DNA from: Methanobacteriota archaeon
GTDB lineage: Archaea > Thermoplasmatota > Thermoplasmata > SG8-5 > JAGLSY01
Assembly (NCBI GenBank): GCA_020696385.1
Contig: JAEHCQ010000002.1
Span: forward strand, 32,001 to 96,000
Length of the DNA: 64,000 nt
Direction of reading: 5' to 3'
How positions within the stretch are numbered: position 1 is the first letter of the stretch; each line of letters opens with the position of its first letter. Shown here one piece after another: positions 26,991 to 37,608 of the stretch. Both the position numbers and the translations under genes were made by a program. Under the pieces are notes generated by a model. That model was not told where the DNA came from. It ran no database searches and was given only the letters and a program-made list of their open reading frames with translations.

Positions 26991-29741
26991 ATGACACATA
27001 GTAATTCTAATCGAAAGAAAGCAGTAGAGCAAGGGCTCTCTGAAAATCGCAAATGGCACGCTATTTCTACTGAAGAAGTAATGTCTGCCCTAAAAACTGG
27101 AACCTCTGGCATAAGTGAAAAAGAGCTGGAACAACGCCGTGCGACCCACGGCTATAATGAAATGACCGGTAAGAAAAAAGATGGGATTCTCATATCCATA
27201 TTTCATCAAATTCATTCACTTCTTATCTATATTCTATTATTATCGGCCGTGGTCACTGCACTTCTCGATCATTGGATCGACACTGCCGTGATACTGGCAG
27301 TGGTACTGGCCAATGTCATAATCGGGCTCACACAGGAACGAAAAGCTGGCAAGGCCATAGATGCTCTGGATAAGATGATCGTTTCCGAATGTACGGTCGT
27401 CCGTGATGGGCAAAGAAAAGTGATACCATCCAGAGAGATCGTGCCCGGAGATATAGTCCTTATGGAATCTGGAGATAAAGTGCCAGGTGATATAAGATTG
27501 GTATATTCCAAGGGCTTGCAAATCGATGAGGCCATGCTCACTGGAGAATCCGTGCCCTCAGAAAAGATCACTGAAAGCCTGGCAGATGATATTTGTTCTG
27601 CCGGAGACATGAAGAACATGGCCTTTGCCGGAACACTGGTCACCTATGGCAGGGGAAGAGGAGTGGTTGTATCTACTGCCAATAATACACAAATAAGCAG
27701 GATATCCGCATGCATGAGGGAAGCCGAGGAGACACAGACACCATTGCAGAAGAAAATATCGTCCTTCGCTGTTTACCTTTCTGGCACAGTTGCTATATTG
27801 GCAATATTGACCTTTGTTGGTGGTCTCATGGCTGGTCAGGAGCCGGTCTTCATCTTCCTTGCCTCGGTCTCGATCGCGGTAGCTGCCATCCCCGAGGGGC
27901 TTCCAGCCCTAGTGACGATCGCCCTGGCACTCAGTGTGAGAAGGATGGCCGATGAAAAGGCCATCATCAGGAATCTACCTTCTGTAGAGACATTGGGAAG
28001 CACCACGATGATATGCTCGGACAAGACCGGGACCCTTACAATGAACCAGATGACCGTGACTCGGATCTTCGCCGGTGATATGAAGTATGATGTAACTGGC
28101 AATGGTTATTCCATTGAGGGTGAATTCCGATCTGGTGATGAGATCATCATGCCAAAATATCAGCCCGCTCTTATGAGAACGTTGATAGCTGGCGCAGTGT
28201 GCAATGATTCTTCACTGAAGGATGATAATGATATTATCGGTGATCCAACAGAAGGGGCACTTCTTGTCTCTGCTGCCAAAGGTGATCTTAATCTTCATCT
28301 TCCAAGGCTCGATGAGATCCCCTTCGAATCCGAAACACAGTGCATGGCGACACTGGACAAAAAAGATGACAAAAAAATAATATATCTTAAAGGAAGCACG
28401 GAGAAGATCATCACCATGTGCAATAAAGCCCTGTCTAGTGATGGGAGTATTGTCGATATCGACAGGGAAATGATACAAACTCAGGCAGATGATATGGCCT
28501 CTTCCGCTCTCAGAGTTATCGCTATCGCTGAGAAAGAAATTGACTCGGATCAAGACACGATAGATGCCAGTGATCTCAAAGATCTTGTTTTCCTCGGATT
28601 GCAGGGAATGATCGATCCACCAAGACCAGAGGCCATAGAGGCCATCAAACGCTGCCAGGGAGCCAGCATCAGGGTGGTTATGATAACTGGCGATCATGCG
28701 GTCACTGCAGGAGCCATCGCGACCAAGTTGGGCATTGCCGAGAAGGGCATCAAGATCGTAACTGGGAGTATGCTGGAAGCAATGGATGACGACGAGCTCT
28801 ATGATATCGTCGAGCACCAGCCAGTCTATGCACGCGCCTCTCCCATACACAAATACAGAATAGTTCAGCAATTGCAGAAGCATGACGAGGTAATTGCCGT
28901 GACTGGAGATGGTGTCAATGATGCTCCAGCACTGAAAGCGGCGGACATCGGCATATCAATGGGTATCATGGGAACTGATGTTACCAAAGAAGCTTCGGAC
29001 ATGATACTGGCAGATGATAATTTCGCCACCATCGTGAACGCTGTTGAAGAGGGTCGGCATATGTACAATAATCTACAGAAGATGCTTACTTTCCTTATTC
29101 CTACAAGCATCGGGCAGGCCTCGGTCATCACCATCGCGATCCTCGCAGGTCTTGTCATCCCCCTAATGCCAGTTCATGTCCTATGGGTGAATCTCGTTAC
29201 CTCGGTCACTTGCACTCTTCCACTCGCATTAGAGGGGAAGGAAAAAGGAATATTACAACGTCCTCCCAGGGATCCTAAATCCCCACTTATCAGCAATCGC
29301 ATGCTCGCCCGTGTGGTCATGGTGTCCTCGATCATGATGCTGGGTGCTTTCATCTCCTTCTATTCAGCTCTGAACTCGGGTGCCAGTGAGATAGAGGCCA
29401 GAACAGTGGCCATGACCTCGATAGTGATGATGGAGGTCATTTACATATTCTCATCGCGCTCATTCACCATACCTGCTTTGAGCAAGAATTTCTTCAGTAA
29501 TAAGTCGATATTCTATGGAGCTGGATTGACGATCCTGCTTCAACTAAGTGTGGTGTACATCCCGGTTGTGAATTCTCTATTCAAGACTGCGCCGATCTCC
29601 ATGACTGGCTGGATGCCGATAATAGCCGCAGCTGGGGCATTGTTCGCTTTTGTCGAATTGGAGAAGATAGTGATGAAGAGATATCATTCACATCCACATG
29701 ATCATCTAAAAGATCCCGAGCAGGATGTGAACATGGCATAA
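26991..29741 (+). CDS. P-type cation-transporting ATPase (type IIA, Ca2+/Mn2+-like)
   Basis: LTGES, IPEGL, DKTGTLT phosphorylation site, MITGDH, TGDGVNDAPAL, LWVNLVT. Confidence 0.95.
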   Translation: MTHSNSNRKKAVEQGLSENRKWHAISTEEVMSALKTGTSGISEKELEQRRATHGYNEMTGKKKDGILISIFHQIHSLLIYILLLSAVVTALLDHWIDTAVILAVVLANVIIGLTQERKAGKAIDALDKMIVSECTVVRDGQRKVIPSREIVPGDIVLMESGDKVPGDIRLVYSKGLQIDEAMLTGESVPSEKITESLADDICSAGDMKNMAFAGTLVTYGRGRGVVVSTANNTQISRISACMREAEETQTPLQKKISSFAVYLSGTVAILAILTFVGGLMAGQEPVFIFLASVSIAVAAIPEGLPALVTIALALSVRRMADEKAIIRNLPSVETLGSTTMICSDKTGTLTMNQMTVTRIFAGDMKYDVTGNGYSIEGEFRSGDEIIMPKYQPALMRTLIAGAVCNDSSLKDDNDIIGDPTEGALLVSAAKGDLNLHLPRLDEIPFESETQCMATLDKKDDKKIIYLKGSTEKIITMCNKALSSDGSIVDIDREMIQTQADDMASSALRVIAIAEKEIDSDQDTIDASDLKDLVFLGLQGMIDPPRPEAIEAIKRCQGASIRVVMITGDHAVTAGAIATKLGIAEKGIKIVTGSMLEAMDDDELYDIVEHQPVYARASPIHKYRIVQQLQKHDEVIAVTGDGVNDAPALKAADIGISMGIMGTDVTKEASDMILADDNFATIVNAVEEGRHMYNNLQKMLTFLIPTSIGQASVITIAILAGLVIPLMPVHVLWVNLVTSVTCTLPLALEGKEKGILQRPPRDPKSPLISNRMLARVVMVSSIMMLGAFISFYSALNSGASEIEARTVAMTSIVMMEVIYIFSSRSFTIPALSKNFFSNKSIFYGAGLTILLQLSVVYIPVVNSLFKTAPISMTGWMPIIAAAGALFAFVELEKIVMKRYHSHPHDHLKDPEQDVNMA

Positions 29742-29799
29742 TGAGGTGGAATGTGATAGATAATAATGTGAAAAAGCTGGCAATCCGGAGTATTCGAAT

Positions 29800-30312
29800 A
29801 TGCTGAACCATTTCGTGAGAGGGATAATCGATGGACTTTTGTCCACTTTGGGCGTGGTGATCGGAGCATCAGCCGCGGACAATGCGATCATACTGGCAGC
29901 GGGTATCGGCGGTGCAGTGGCGAATGGTGTGTCCAATTTCCTGGGAGCTTTTTCATCAGAGGAATACAAGGGACATTTGCAGATCCAGAAGCTGGAAAAC
30001 GCAATGTTGAGCAAGGGGATCGAGGATAGTGTTATTGGAAAGAGCATGAAAAAAGAAAGGATTAAAGCAGGATTCCTGGATGGATCTTCCACTATAATTG
30101 GTGGCTTCATCCCGGTCTTCCCCTTCATCATATTTGGTCATGAGCAGGCTCTATTATGGGCGGTCCTCAGTGCGGTTATAACTCTATTCGTCCTTGGCGC
30201 TTACATTGGCAAGGTCTCGAAAAAATGGATCATCCTCTCTGGCCTGAAGCTTATGATCCTCGGAATCCTAACAGCACTACTGGTGCATTCGATCCAATAC
30301 TATTTGGTATGA
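29800..30312 (+). CDS. VIT1/CCC1 family metal transporter
   Basis: G..DG.L..LG.V.G, GG.IP..PF, five hydrophobic segments. Confidence 0.8.
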   Translation: MLNHFVRGIIDGLLSTLGVVIGASAADNAIILAAGIGGAVANGVSNFLGAFSSEEYKGHLQIQKLENAMLSKGIEDSVIGKSMKKERIKAGFLDGSSTIIGGFIPVFPFIIFGHEQALLWAVLSAVITLFVLGAYIGKVSKKWIILSGLKLMILGILTALLVHSIQYYLV

Positions 30313-30426
30313 TCACTGAATCATGGATTTAAACTGGAGAATTAGTATGTCATATGCTCAATAGCGAAGTGCTTTTCAAACATCACCAGATTTCATAAAT
30401 AATAATTTCATCCACAGGAGATTGGA

Positions 30427-32199
30427 TCAAACCTTCTTAACTGGAGGCTTCTTCTTAGCTTTCTGCGCCCTCCTCTCCAACGGGGTCATCTCTTTTTTGG
30501 CAGGTATCTTGGAAGTGGTCTTCATAACTGGGACTGGCTTATGAACAGTCTTTTCAGATTTGGCAGGCGTTGAGGGGGGAGTCTTCTTTACAGGTTTGGA
30601 AACCGGCCTGGATACTGTCGTTTTCTTGGGCTGTGGTGTCGAGGAGGTCTGAGGATGCACCCTCACGACATCTTCCTTGGGTTTTGCCTTTCTCGTGTCC
30701 TTCCATTTATCCACATGCTCCTTGCCCTTCACATCAACACCGGATGAGTGTTTCTTGTACATTCGGGATTTCTGTGTCCAGTCTGTCTTTGGCTCGATCT
30801 TTGATTCATCTTCCTCATGCTTTGATTTTGATCTTTCGATGATAAAGATCCCGATGGTCGTGGCAATGACAGTGATCACGATGAGCATGAAGGCCATGTT
30901 AAGAAAGAGACCCTCATACATGTATATGGAAGAATAATAGGGCGTCCATTGATCCACTGGCAAGGGAGTACCAGCGGCGGTCAAGGATTCCTTGAACTCT
31001 GGAATTGTGAAAGGAAGGGCAGCCAGAACTGCTGCTGCCAAACCTCTTGGTATCATCGCATACAGGAAGGATTTATCCTCTTTGATGTCCTTCTTTATGG
31101 TGGTGGTAGCTGTCGCGCCTACGTATCGGACCACGAACAGTCCCAGGAACACCACGGCCAGGGCGATGATGAACATGTACATTCCCGTACCCCAGATCCA
31201 CTCCGGTATGATCAGGTTAACTGGATATTGAGGTACGAAGGCCAGATCCACGAAATCAAGGCTCAGTGTGAAAGTGAGTCCGAGGTAAACGAAGAAAAAG
31301 GTCCTGATAACAAACGATACCTCTGAATGGAATTCCTTTATCTGTTCGTCGAACACGAAGTCAACATTGAGCTTGAACATCCTCTTGAACTCGTCCTTGT
31401 TACTGAGAACCAGGCCGAAGACGAGAGCCGCGATCGCCCCACTGACATGGATGTATTCAACGGCTGAATACAACATCAACAAGGCCGCGATGGTTATCAT
31501 GAAGGAGAAGGGCTTTCCATGTACTTTTTTGAGTATCAGGAGCCAGGCCAGACCGAATAATAGACCTATGAAACCAGCGAGTATGAAGGTGCTCAGAAGA
31601 TCCTGTATCACATCACCAGCATTGGTCGCACCTCCCTTCAATACCTCGATAAGGATAAGGGCGGTCACTATGCATAGAACATCAGAAAGGACGGATTCAA
31701 GAGCCAGTATGGTTTTCGTATCCTCTTTGGCATTGACCCCCGCCATGATGGGAAGAACCACCGCACTGCTTATTCCTCCGATTATGCAACCAAGAAGAAG
31801 ACCGATCATGATGTCGGTTATGCCCAGCACGAAATAGCATATGGTGGCCGTTGCGAACATGGTACCCATGAAGCCTATACCCGTATGTAGAATCGTTATA
31901 CCCAGCTGGCTCATGACCTTGTCCAGATTGAGGTTCAATCCACCATCGAAAAGTATGATCACAAGCGCCAGAGCGGCGAAATACGGAGCTATGGTGATCA
32001 GGTATGATTCAGGTATCAGCTCCACATTATAGCTCTTCAATATGGGGCCTATCAAAAGACCTATGAATATCAAAATAAGAATATCTGGCACTTTTGTTTT
32101 TTCAAAGAGCAGGGAACCTAAGAAGCCTATACAAATGATTGCCCCGATCCCCGCAAAAGCTGTTAAAACGTTGAGTGCCATGACTACCATTTTCCACAT
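30427..32199 (-). CDS. Cation:proton antiporter (CPA1/NhaP-like) with basic, Pro-rich C-terminal tail
   Basis: ILFDGGL, SSAVV.P, LES.LSD, FFFVYLG, PRGLAAAVLA. Confidence 0.9.
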   Translation of the reverse strand: MWKMVVMALNVLTAFAGIGAIICIGFLGSLLFEKTKVPDILILIFIGLLIGPILKSYNVELIPESYLITIAPYFAALALVIILFDGGLNLNLDKVMSQLGITILHTGIGFMGTMFATATICYFVLGITDIMIGLLLGCIIGGISSAVVLPIMAGVNAKEDTKTILALESVLSDVLCIVTALILIEVLKGGATNAGDVIQDLLSTFILAGFIGLLFGLAWLLILKKVHGKPFSFMITIAALLMLYSAVEYIHVSGAIAALVFGLVLSNKDEFKRMFKLNVDFVFDEQIKEFHSEVSFVIRTFFFVYLGLTFTLSLDFVDLAFVPQYPVNLIIPEWIWGTGMYMFIIALAVVFLGLFVVRYVGATATTTIKKDIKEDKSFLYAMIPRGLAAAVLAALPFTIPEFKESLTAAGTPLPVDQWTPYYSSIYMYEGLFLNMAFMLIVITVIATTIGIFIIERSKSKHEEDESKIEPKTDWTQKSRMYKKHSSGVDVKGKEHVDKWKDTRKAKPKEDVVRVHPQTSSTPQPKKTTVSRPVSKPVKKTPPSTPAKSEKTVHKPVPVMKTTSKIPAKKEMTPLERRAQKAKKKPPVKKV

Positions 32200-32259
32200 G
32201 GTTGATGAGTTATTAATAATTTCTGTAATTATTACGATTTTTATAGGTATGTGTGTGTT

Positions 32260-33081
32260 CTATCCCTCAGAATTATAGAGATCGGCAAGCTTAAGCAACA
32301 TATCGCCGCGTGTTTCCTTGATGGTGGGTCGGAACTGCCTGGCCACATCCAATTCTGAAAGGTCCACCTCTGCCTCGATGATATCTTCCTCGAACAATGG
32401 GCCCTTTGCCAGTACCCCGCCTCTTGGTCCAATCAGGGCATCGCCTCCCCAGAAGACCATATTGTGCTCGGTCCCTACCAGATTGGTGTAGGCGAAGAAT
32501 ATCGTATTCTCAATGGCTCTGGCCTCCATGATCTTTTCGAAGAATTCACGGGTTGCCGATGGTGATGCGGATATGCAAACGACCATATCCGCCCCTTTGA
32601 GAGCGTAATATTTGGTCAGTTCTGGAAAGAAGATGTCAAAACATATGATGATGGCCACCTTGCCCACGGGTGTATTAAAAATAGGATATACTGGCCCTCC
32701 AGGTGCGAAATATGTCTCTTCCTCAAAGGGTCCGAAATTGACAAGGTGGGTTTTTCTTGTCATTGACACCGAGCCGTCAGGTAGAGCGATCAGGGCGGAA
32801 TTGTACAGGATACCCTGTTTTTCCATGTCACGTTCCGGCATGCCGACGATTATTGCTTTTTCACTATCACTGGCCATTTGGGATATTGCTTTGACAGATG
32901 GGCCTTCGATAGTTTCGGAAAGGGCCATGACCTGATCCTTGATAGTGTATCCGGTCAGGAACATCTCGGGGAAGACCACAAGTTCTGCCTCAGTATTATC
33001 CAGAACTTCCCTCATTTTGTTCAAGTTGGCTTCCTTGTCACCCAGTTTTGATCTCACCTGTGCCAGTGCTATCTTCTTCAT
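32260..33081 (-). CDS. Carbon-nitrogen hydrolase (nitrilase superfamily)
   Basis: VFPEM.LTGY, RKTHL, ICFDIFFPE (E-K-C triad), RAIEN. Confidence 0.92.
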   Translation of the reverse strand: MKKIALAQVRSKLGDKEANLNKMREVLDNTEAELVVFPEMFLTGYTIKDQVMALSETIEGPSVKAISQMASDSEKAIIVGMPERDMEKQGILYNSALIALPDGSVSMTRKTHLVNFGPFEEETYFAPGGPVYPIFNTPVGKVAIIICFDIFFPELTKYYALKGADMVVCISASPSATREFFEKIMEARAIENTIFFAYTNLVGTEHNMVFWGGDALIGPRGGVLAKGPLFEEDIIEAEVDLSELDVARQFRPTIKETRGDMLLKLADLYNSEG

Positions 33082-34025
33082 GGGGTGAGTAATGCGATTT
33101 TCTTTAATATGTTTTTGTCAATATGCCCCTTCTCTCTGATCTTGACAGCATCCAGAAGCGCATTGTTGAGCTTCGCCTCAATGCCCTTTCCCAGACCCAT
33201 ACGGACTATTACGCCATTTATGTGGTCGATCTCCGTCCTCCGGGTCGCTTCGACATCCTGGAGCATGCTGGACATGTTCTTCGCGGTCCTGCGGGCGATG
33301 TTCAGGGTCATATTGATAATTTCATCCCTGATCAGTTCCATACCAATGGAATTCCCAACACTCACACCCTCAGATACTATCTTTCTCACCAGATCGACAA
33401 GTTCTGGATCTTCCAAAATGGCCCCGTTCGGCTCTCCCAGCAATGCGGTGATGGGGTTGATGGCCGAATTGACAATGGCCTTCGCCCATATCTCCTTCCC
33501 GATATCATCGGAAATAGTGGTGATTATACCACTGGCCGTGAAGATATCGGCCAGTGTTCGTATCTTTTCATCATCATCACATGACAAATGACCGATCACG
33601 GTATCGCCAATACCACCGTGCCTTATCATACCAGGATCCAGTCTCGTGGCTCCATGGCTGGTGATCCCGCCAATTATGTTCGTGTCCGGGACATATTTCT
33701 GTATGGTCTCCACATTGCCCAAACCATTCTGAAAAGTCATTATCCGAGTGTCCTGGCCGATCACAGGAAGACATTGTTCAATGGCTTCCTCTGTGTCATA
33801 AGCCTTGACAGCCAGTATCACGATGTCCGGTATACTGGTCTTATCAATGTCCTCGATATTCATAACACATCTGGGCCATGCATGAAGTAATGTAGCTCCC
33901 TCGATCTTGAGGCCATTGTCACGCATGGCCTTAATATGCTGACCTCTTCCGACAAGAGTTACCTCATTATGACTGGACAGAAGGCCTCCGAATAAACTGC
34001 CCAGAGCTCCAGCTCCCATTATCAT
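33078..34025 (-). CDS. panE: 2-dehydropantoate 2-reductase
   Basis: GAGALG, VKAYD, QNGLG, W.K..VN..INP.TA, SSMLQD, TEID.ING. Confidence 0.92.
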   Translation of the reverse strand: MIMGAGALGSLFGGLLSSHNEVTLVGRGQHIKAMRDNGLKIEGATLLHAWPRCVMNIEDIDKTSIPDIVILAVKAYDTEEAIEQCLPVIGQDTRIMTFQNGLGNVETIQKYVPDTNIIGGITSHGATRLDPGMIRHGGIGDTVIGHLSCDDDEKIRTLADIFTASGIITTISDDIGKEIWAKAIVNSAINPITALLGEPNGAILEDPELVDLVRKIVSEGVSVGNSIGMELIRDEIINMTLNIARRTAKNMSSMLQDVEATRRTEIDHINGVIVRMGLGKGIEAKLNNALLDAVKIREKGHIDKNILKKIALLTP

Positions 34026-34067
34026 TATATTCAGTCGAAGGCCTCCATTGACATTGGCTCCTTTGGA

Positions 34068-35624
34068 CTAGCCAGATACTGAAGGCACATTGTCATCATA
34101 TCCCTGCATGTGTACCACACGCTGTGGGAATGGGATGTCAATTCCTTCTTCGCAGTATCTTCTGAAGATCTCCTCTCTCATCTCGCCACCAACTCTCCAT
34201 TGATCATCCAAGTGGAAGACCCAGGTGTAAAGTTTGAGGTTTATGGCTGAATCTCCAAATTCTACAAGTCTGACAAATGGTGCACTGCCTTCCTCCTGCA
34301 TGACGTCCTTATGTGCAGTAGCCACTTCCAGCATTATGGCCTTCGCCTTGTGGATATCGGCCTTGTAATCGATGCCGATGGTCACCTTGACCTTCATCTT
34401 GTTATCTGGCTCAGTTAAGTTGATGACTTTCTCATTGGCGATCTTGCTGTTGGGCAGGATGATCATATCATGATCGAAGGTATTGTAGAGCTTGGTGCTC
34501 CTCATACCGATATTCTCCACACGGCAGTAATCTCCATTCTCCATAAGGACCAGGTCGCCCACCTTGAAGGGGCGGTCGGTCAGCAGGAACATACCGGATA
34601 TGAAATTGCCCAGTGTGTCCTGAGCCGCGAAAGCGATGACCAATCCCATGATCCCCATTCCAGCAACCAGCATGGTTGGGTCTATTCCGAATAGATTGAG
34701 GACAGCGATCGTCGCGACCATGAATATGACGATCATCCCTACTTTTTCAAACAAAGGCAGGGCGACATCATCCATCGTGGTCTCGCTCTTCTCCGCATAG
34801 GACTTGCCCCATATCAGAAGAACATCCTGGAATATCTTGTAAACCATCCAGGATCCCAGTAATATGACCATTAAGGTGAACAGAGTCTCAAATATGTTCA
34901 AGTAAGACCAGGGGATATCCAATACCCTGAGTGAGTGGATGAAACCAAAGGACACGATCAAGTAGAATACTGGGCCTTTGACTATGGCCAGTATAAGATC
35001 GTCAATCTCTGTCTTTGTCTTTTTTGTGAAGTGTTTGACAACTGGATCCAATACAAAGAAAATGATAGCTCCTACCAGTATCCAAATGCCGACCGTGATT
35101 AAGAAAACACCCCATTCATTATCAAGTTGCTCGACAGCAGCCAGGTAATTTGGTATCATGTCAAAGGCCTTGGTTGGAGGGATGTACGCTCCGCCGGATA
35201 CAGTGGTCGTCGTGGTCCCTATATCTCTATTCCAGATATCCTCGGTCACAACATCCGTCACCATGGAATCCACTGTTATCTCGTGAGTTGGATAATCCCT
35301 TGATGCCGGAGCCGATACAATGAGCTCGATAGTGTAGAATTCACCAGGTTCCAACATTAGATATGAGTCGGTGAACTCCGCTTCCCAGCCATATTGCTCG
35401 GCCGGATCATTGAGGAATATCATATTGGGATCTGTTCCATTATTGTACAGTCCCCATCGATAGGTCACGGTCTCTGTCATCTCCACACTCTTTTCATAAT
35501 CATCCAGTGGGAAAACATGGATATCGCCCTCGGCTGCCTGGGCATTGCCAGATAGAAGGGGTACCATTATCATTGATATGACAGCGATCAATAGCAGAGC
35601 AGAGGTGAATTGCCTATTTTTCAT
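34068..35624 (-). CDS. mscS: Mechanosensitive channel MscS family with signal peptide and extracellular N-terminal domain
   Basis: AFAAQD.LGNFISG..L..DRPF.VGD, IG.RST, PNS, F.DS, IPFPQ; N-terminal signal (..AQA) and acidic beta-rich domain. Confidence 0.88.
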   Translation of the reverse strand: MKNRQFTSALLLIAVISMIMVPLLSGNAQAAEGDIHVFPLDDYEKSVEMTETVTYRWGLYNNGTDPNMIFLNDPAEQYGWEAEFTDSYLMLEPGEFYTIELIVSAPASRDYPTHEITVDSMVTDVVTEDIWNRDIGTTTTTVSGGAYIPPTKAFDMIPNYLAAVEQLDNEWGVFLITVGIWILVGAIIFFVLDPVVKHFTKKTKTEIDDLILAIVKGPVFYLIVSFGFIHSLRVLDIPWSYLNIFETLFTLMVILLGSWMVYKIFQDVLLIWGKSYAEKSETTMDDVALPLFEKVGMIVIFMVATIAVLNLFGIDPTMLVAGMGIMGLVIAFAAQDTLGNFISGMFLLTDRPFKVGDLVLMENGDYCRVENIGMRSTKLYNTFDHDMIILPNSKIANEKVINLTEPDNKMKVKVTIGIDYKADIHKAKAIMLEVATAHKDVMQEEGSAPFVRLVEFGDSAINLKLYTWVFHLDDQWRVGGEMREEIFRRYCEEGIDIPFPQRVVHMQGYDDNVPSVSG

Positions 35625-35755
35625 CTTATATCCTCCAAATTCATCTCTTGAACTAATACCTACCTTATAAAACTTGTTTTATGTTTCTAATAGTTATATG
35701 CATTTGAACATTTGAAGGGTGTATTATTTAATGCATCGATACTATCCATATATCG

Positions 35756-36808
35756 ATGCTTGAAAGACCCAGCATGGAATATAATGAGGGTTATCCATAT
35801 CTAAATGGGAAGCCAAAAAGCCTGTTCGATGAAGTCCATGACATCTTTAAAGATCTGTCATGGTTTTCCACTTTCCCACTGTATCTGGCCATGCTGATAT
35901 TCAGCTGGATCCTACTCATATACCAAACACCGGAAGTGCTTGACTGGGGTGGAGCTGGAGGACAGGGTGGGATCTACATCACCCTGGTGCCTTGGCCTAT
36001 GGGATTTTACATCACTGGCATCTCTTTCCAGATATGGTTCATTGGCATAGTTGCCACAGTGACCCTCGTCATCTTTTACGGGCTATACGATCTCTACAAA
36101 GAAAGCAAGATGCCGAACTTCGGGCCCTCATCGAAAAGGGTCAGTGATCTGGATCTCACTGCCAGATTCTTCTTCGCTTCCATGTTCTTCGTATATGGGT
36201 ATTACATAATGCTCGATATGCTGGGCATCAATCCAGTGGTTCCGGATTTTGGCTCAATGCCGATCGGACAAATGATATTCGGCATCGTGAATGCGACCAT
36301 CAATGAAGAGCTCATATCGAGAGTGATGCTGATCGGAATACCTCTCATGATCATGCATACCTGGAACATCGGTCCAAGAATAGCCGAGTCTAAAGGCGGG
36401 AATGATATCAAGACCAAGATCAAGCTGTTGATGGGGGGTGATATCCCCATCAATTATGCCACCATCATCCTGATTATCTTATCTTCCGTGATATTCGCCG
36501 CTGCTCATGTCATCGGAAGCTGGGACATGTACAAATTCCTGCCAACACTCGTAAGCGGCATGATGCTGGGATACCTATATGTGAAAAGAGGATTGCACAC
36601 ATCCATACTCTTCCACTTCTCGACAAATTTCATATTCTTCTCAGCCCAATTATGGCAGGGTGATATGACCATTCTTATCATCACTGGTGTCACATTATTG
36701 CTCTGGATGATAGTGGGCGGATACCACATGTTGATGATCCTCTATTCTATCGCCAAATATTTCGATGAGGTTCTTTCCGCAAGTGGTCCGAGCAATAGGC
36801 GATATTGA
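35756..36808 (+). CDS. CPBP-family intramembrane glutamic metalloprotease
   Basis: EELISR, F.AAH and H...N motifs in a multi-TM protein. Confidence 0.82.
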   Translation: MLERPSMEYNEGYPYLNGKPKSLFDEVHDIFKDLSWFSTFPLYLAMLIFSWILLIYQTPEVLDWGGAGGQGGIYITLVPWPMGFYITGISFQIWFIGIVATVTLVIFYGLYDLYKESKMPNFGPSSKRVSDLDLTARFFFASMFFVYGYYIMLDMLGINPVVPDFGSMPIGQMIFGIVNATINEELISRVMLIGIPLMIMHTWNIGPRIAESKGGNDIKTKIKLLMGGDIPINYATIILIILSSVIFAAAHVIGSWDMYKFLPTLVSGMMLGYLYVKRGLHTSILFHFSTNFIFFSAQLWQGDMTILIITGVTLLLWMIVGGYHMLMILYSIAKYFDEVLSASGPSNRRY

Positions 36809-36857
36809 TTATCTGGCAGATCATTGATCGATGTAAAATATCCAATGAGGGAAAGCT

Positions 36858-37607
36858 CTACAGGCCATGCAGATGATCCCGTCCAGATATCGCATCTTCC
36901 AGGGAACGTGATTCTATTATGAAATTGCCCTCATGGTCTGCCAATCCATCCATCACCATCTTGAAATCGATATCGCCAGCTCCCAGGGACATGTGTTTGT
37001 CCCCATCTCCAACATTGTCGCTGAGATGGATATTTGAAAAGCCGGGCTTCACTTGAAGGAACTCCGGTATCTGGCCACTAAGATTCGCATGCCCGACATC
37101 GAAGCACATTCCTATATCCAGGCCATCGACCATTTCCCGAAGCTCGGATGCTTTGTGACATATGGTGTATTTCATGGGAGGCATATTTTCCAGAGCCAGT
37201 GTGGTTGAGAATTCCGCACAGCCCTTTGATAGAGTCTCCAGGCTTTCACGTGTAAGCCTGGGTACGCGGTCCTTGCCATACCACTGGATCGGCCCCAGCT
37301 TGCCAGGATGGACAGTGACAATGTCTATTCCCAGATCATTTGCCAGTTCCATGATTTCCATGATCACGCCTATGGAATATTTTCTTGTTCTCTCATCGAA
37401 GGCAGCTAGATTGATATCACTGAAAGGAGCGTGGATTTGGAATCTCATCGAGCTGATATCCATGATATCCTTCAGGTCTTTGTGAATATCAGGCAAAAAA
37501 TGATCAGCCTCTGACACTATCTCCCATAGGTCGAAATGTGGCTCTATAGACTCAAGCATATCCTCGAAAGGACTGAGGGAGAACAAGGGACATGAGATGC
37601 CTATCAT
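36858..37607 (-). CDS. Sugar-phosphate isomerase/epimerase / EndoIV-like TIM-barrel protein
   Basis: HAP..DIN, HPG, LENMP, DVGH, IHLSDN, D.H..LG.G.IDF, IE; start MIGIS 37607. Confidence 0.85.
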   Translation of the reverse strand: MIGISCPLFSLSPFEDMLESIEPHFDLWEIVSEADHFLPDIHKDLKDIMDISSMRFQIHAPFSDINLAAFDERTRKYSIGVIMEIMELANDLGIDIVTVHPGKLGPIQWYGKDRVPRLTRESLETLSKGCAEFSTTLALENMPPMKYTICHKASELREMVDGLDIGMCFDVGHANLSGQIPEFLQVKPGFSNIHLSDNVGDGDKHMSLGAGDIDFKMVMDGLADHEGNFIIESRSLEDAISGRDHLHGL

Positions 37608-37608
37608 T

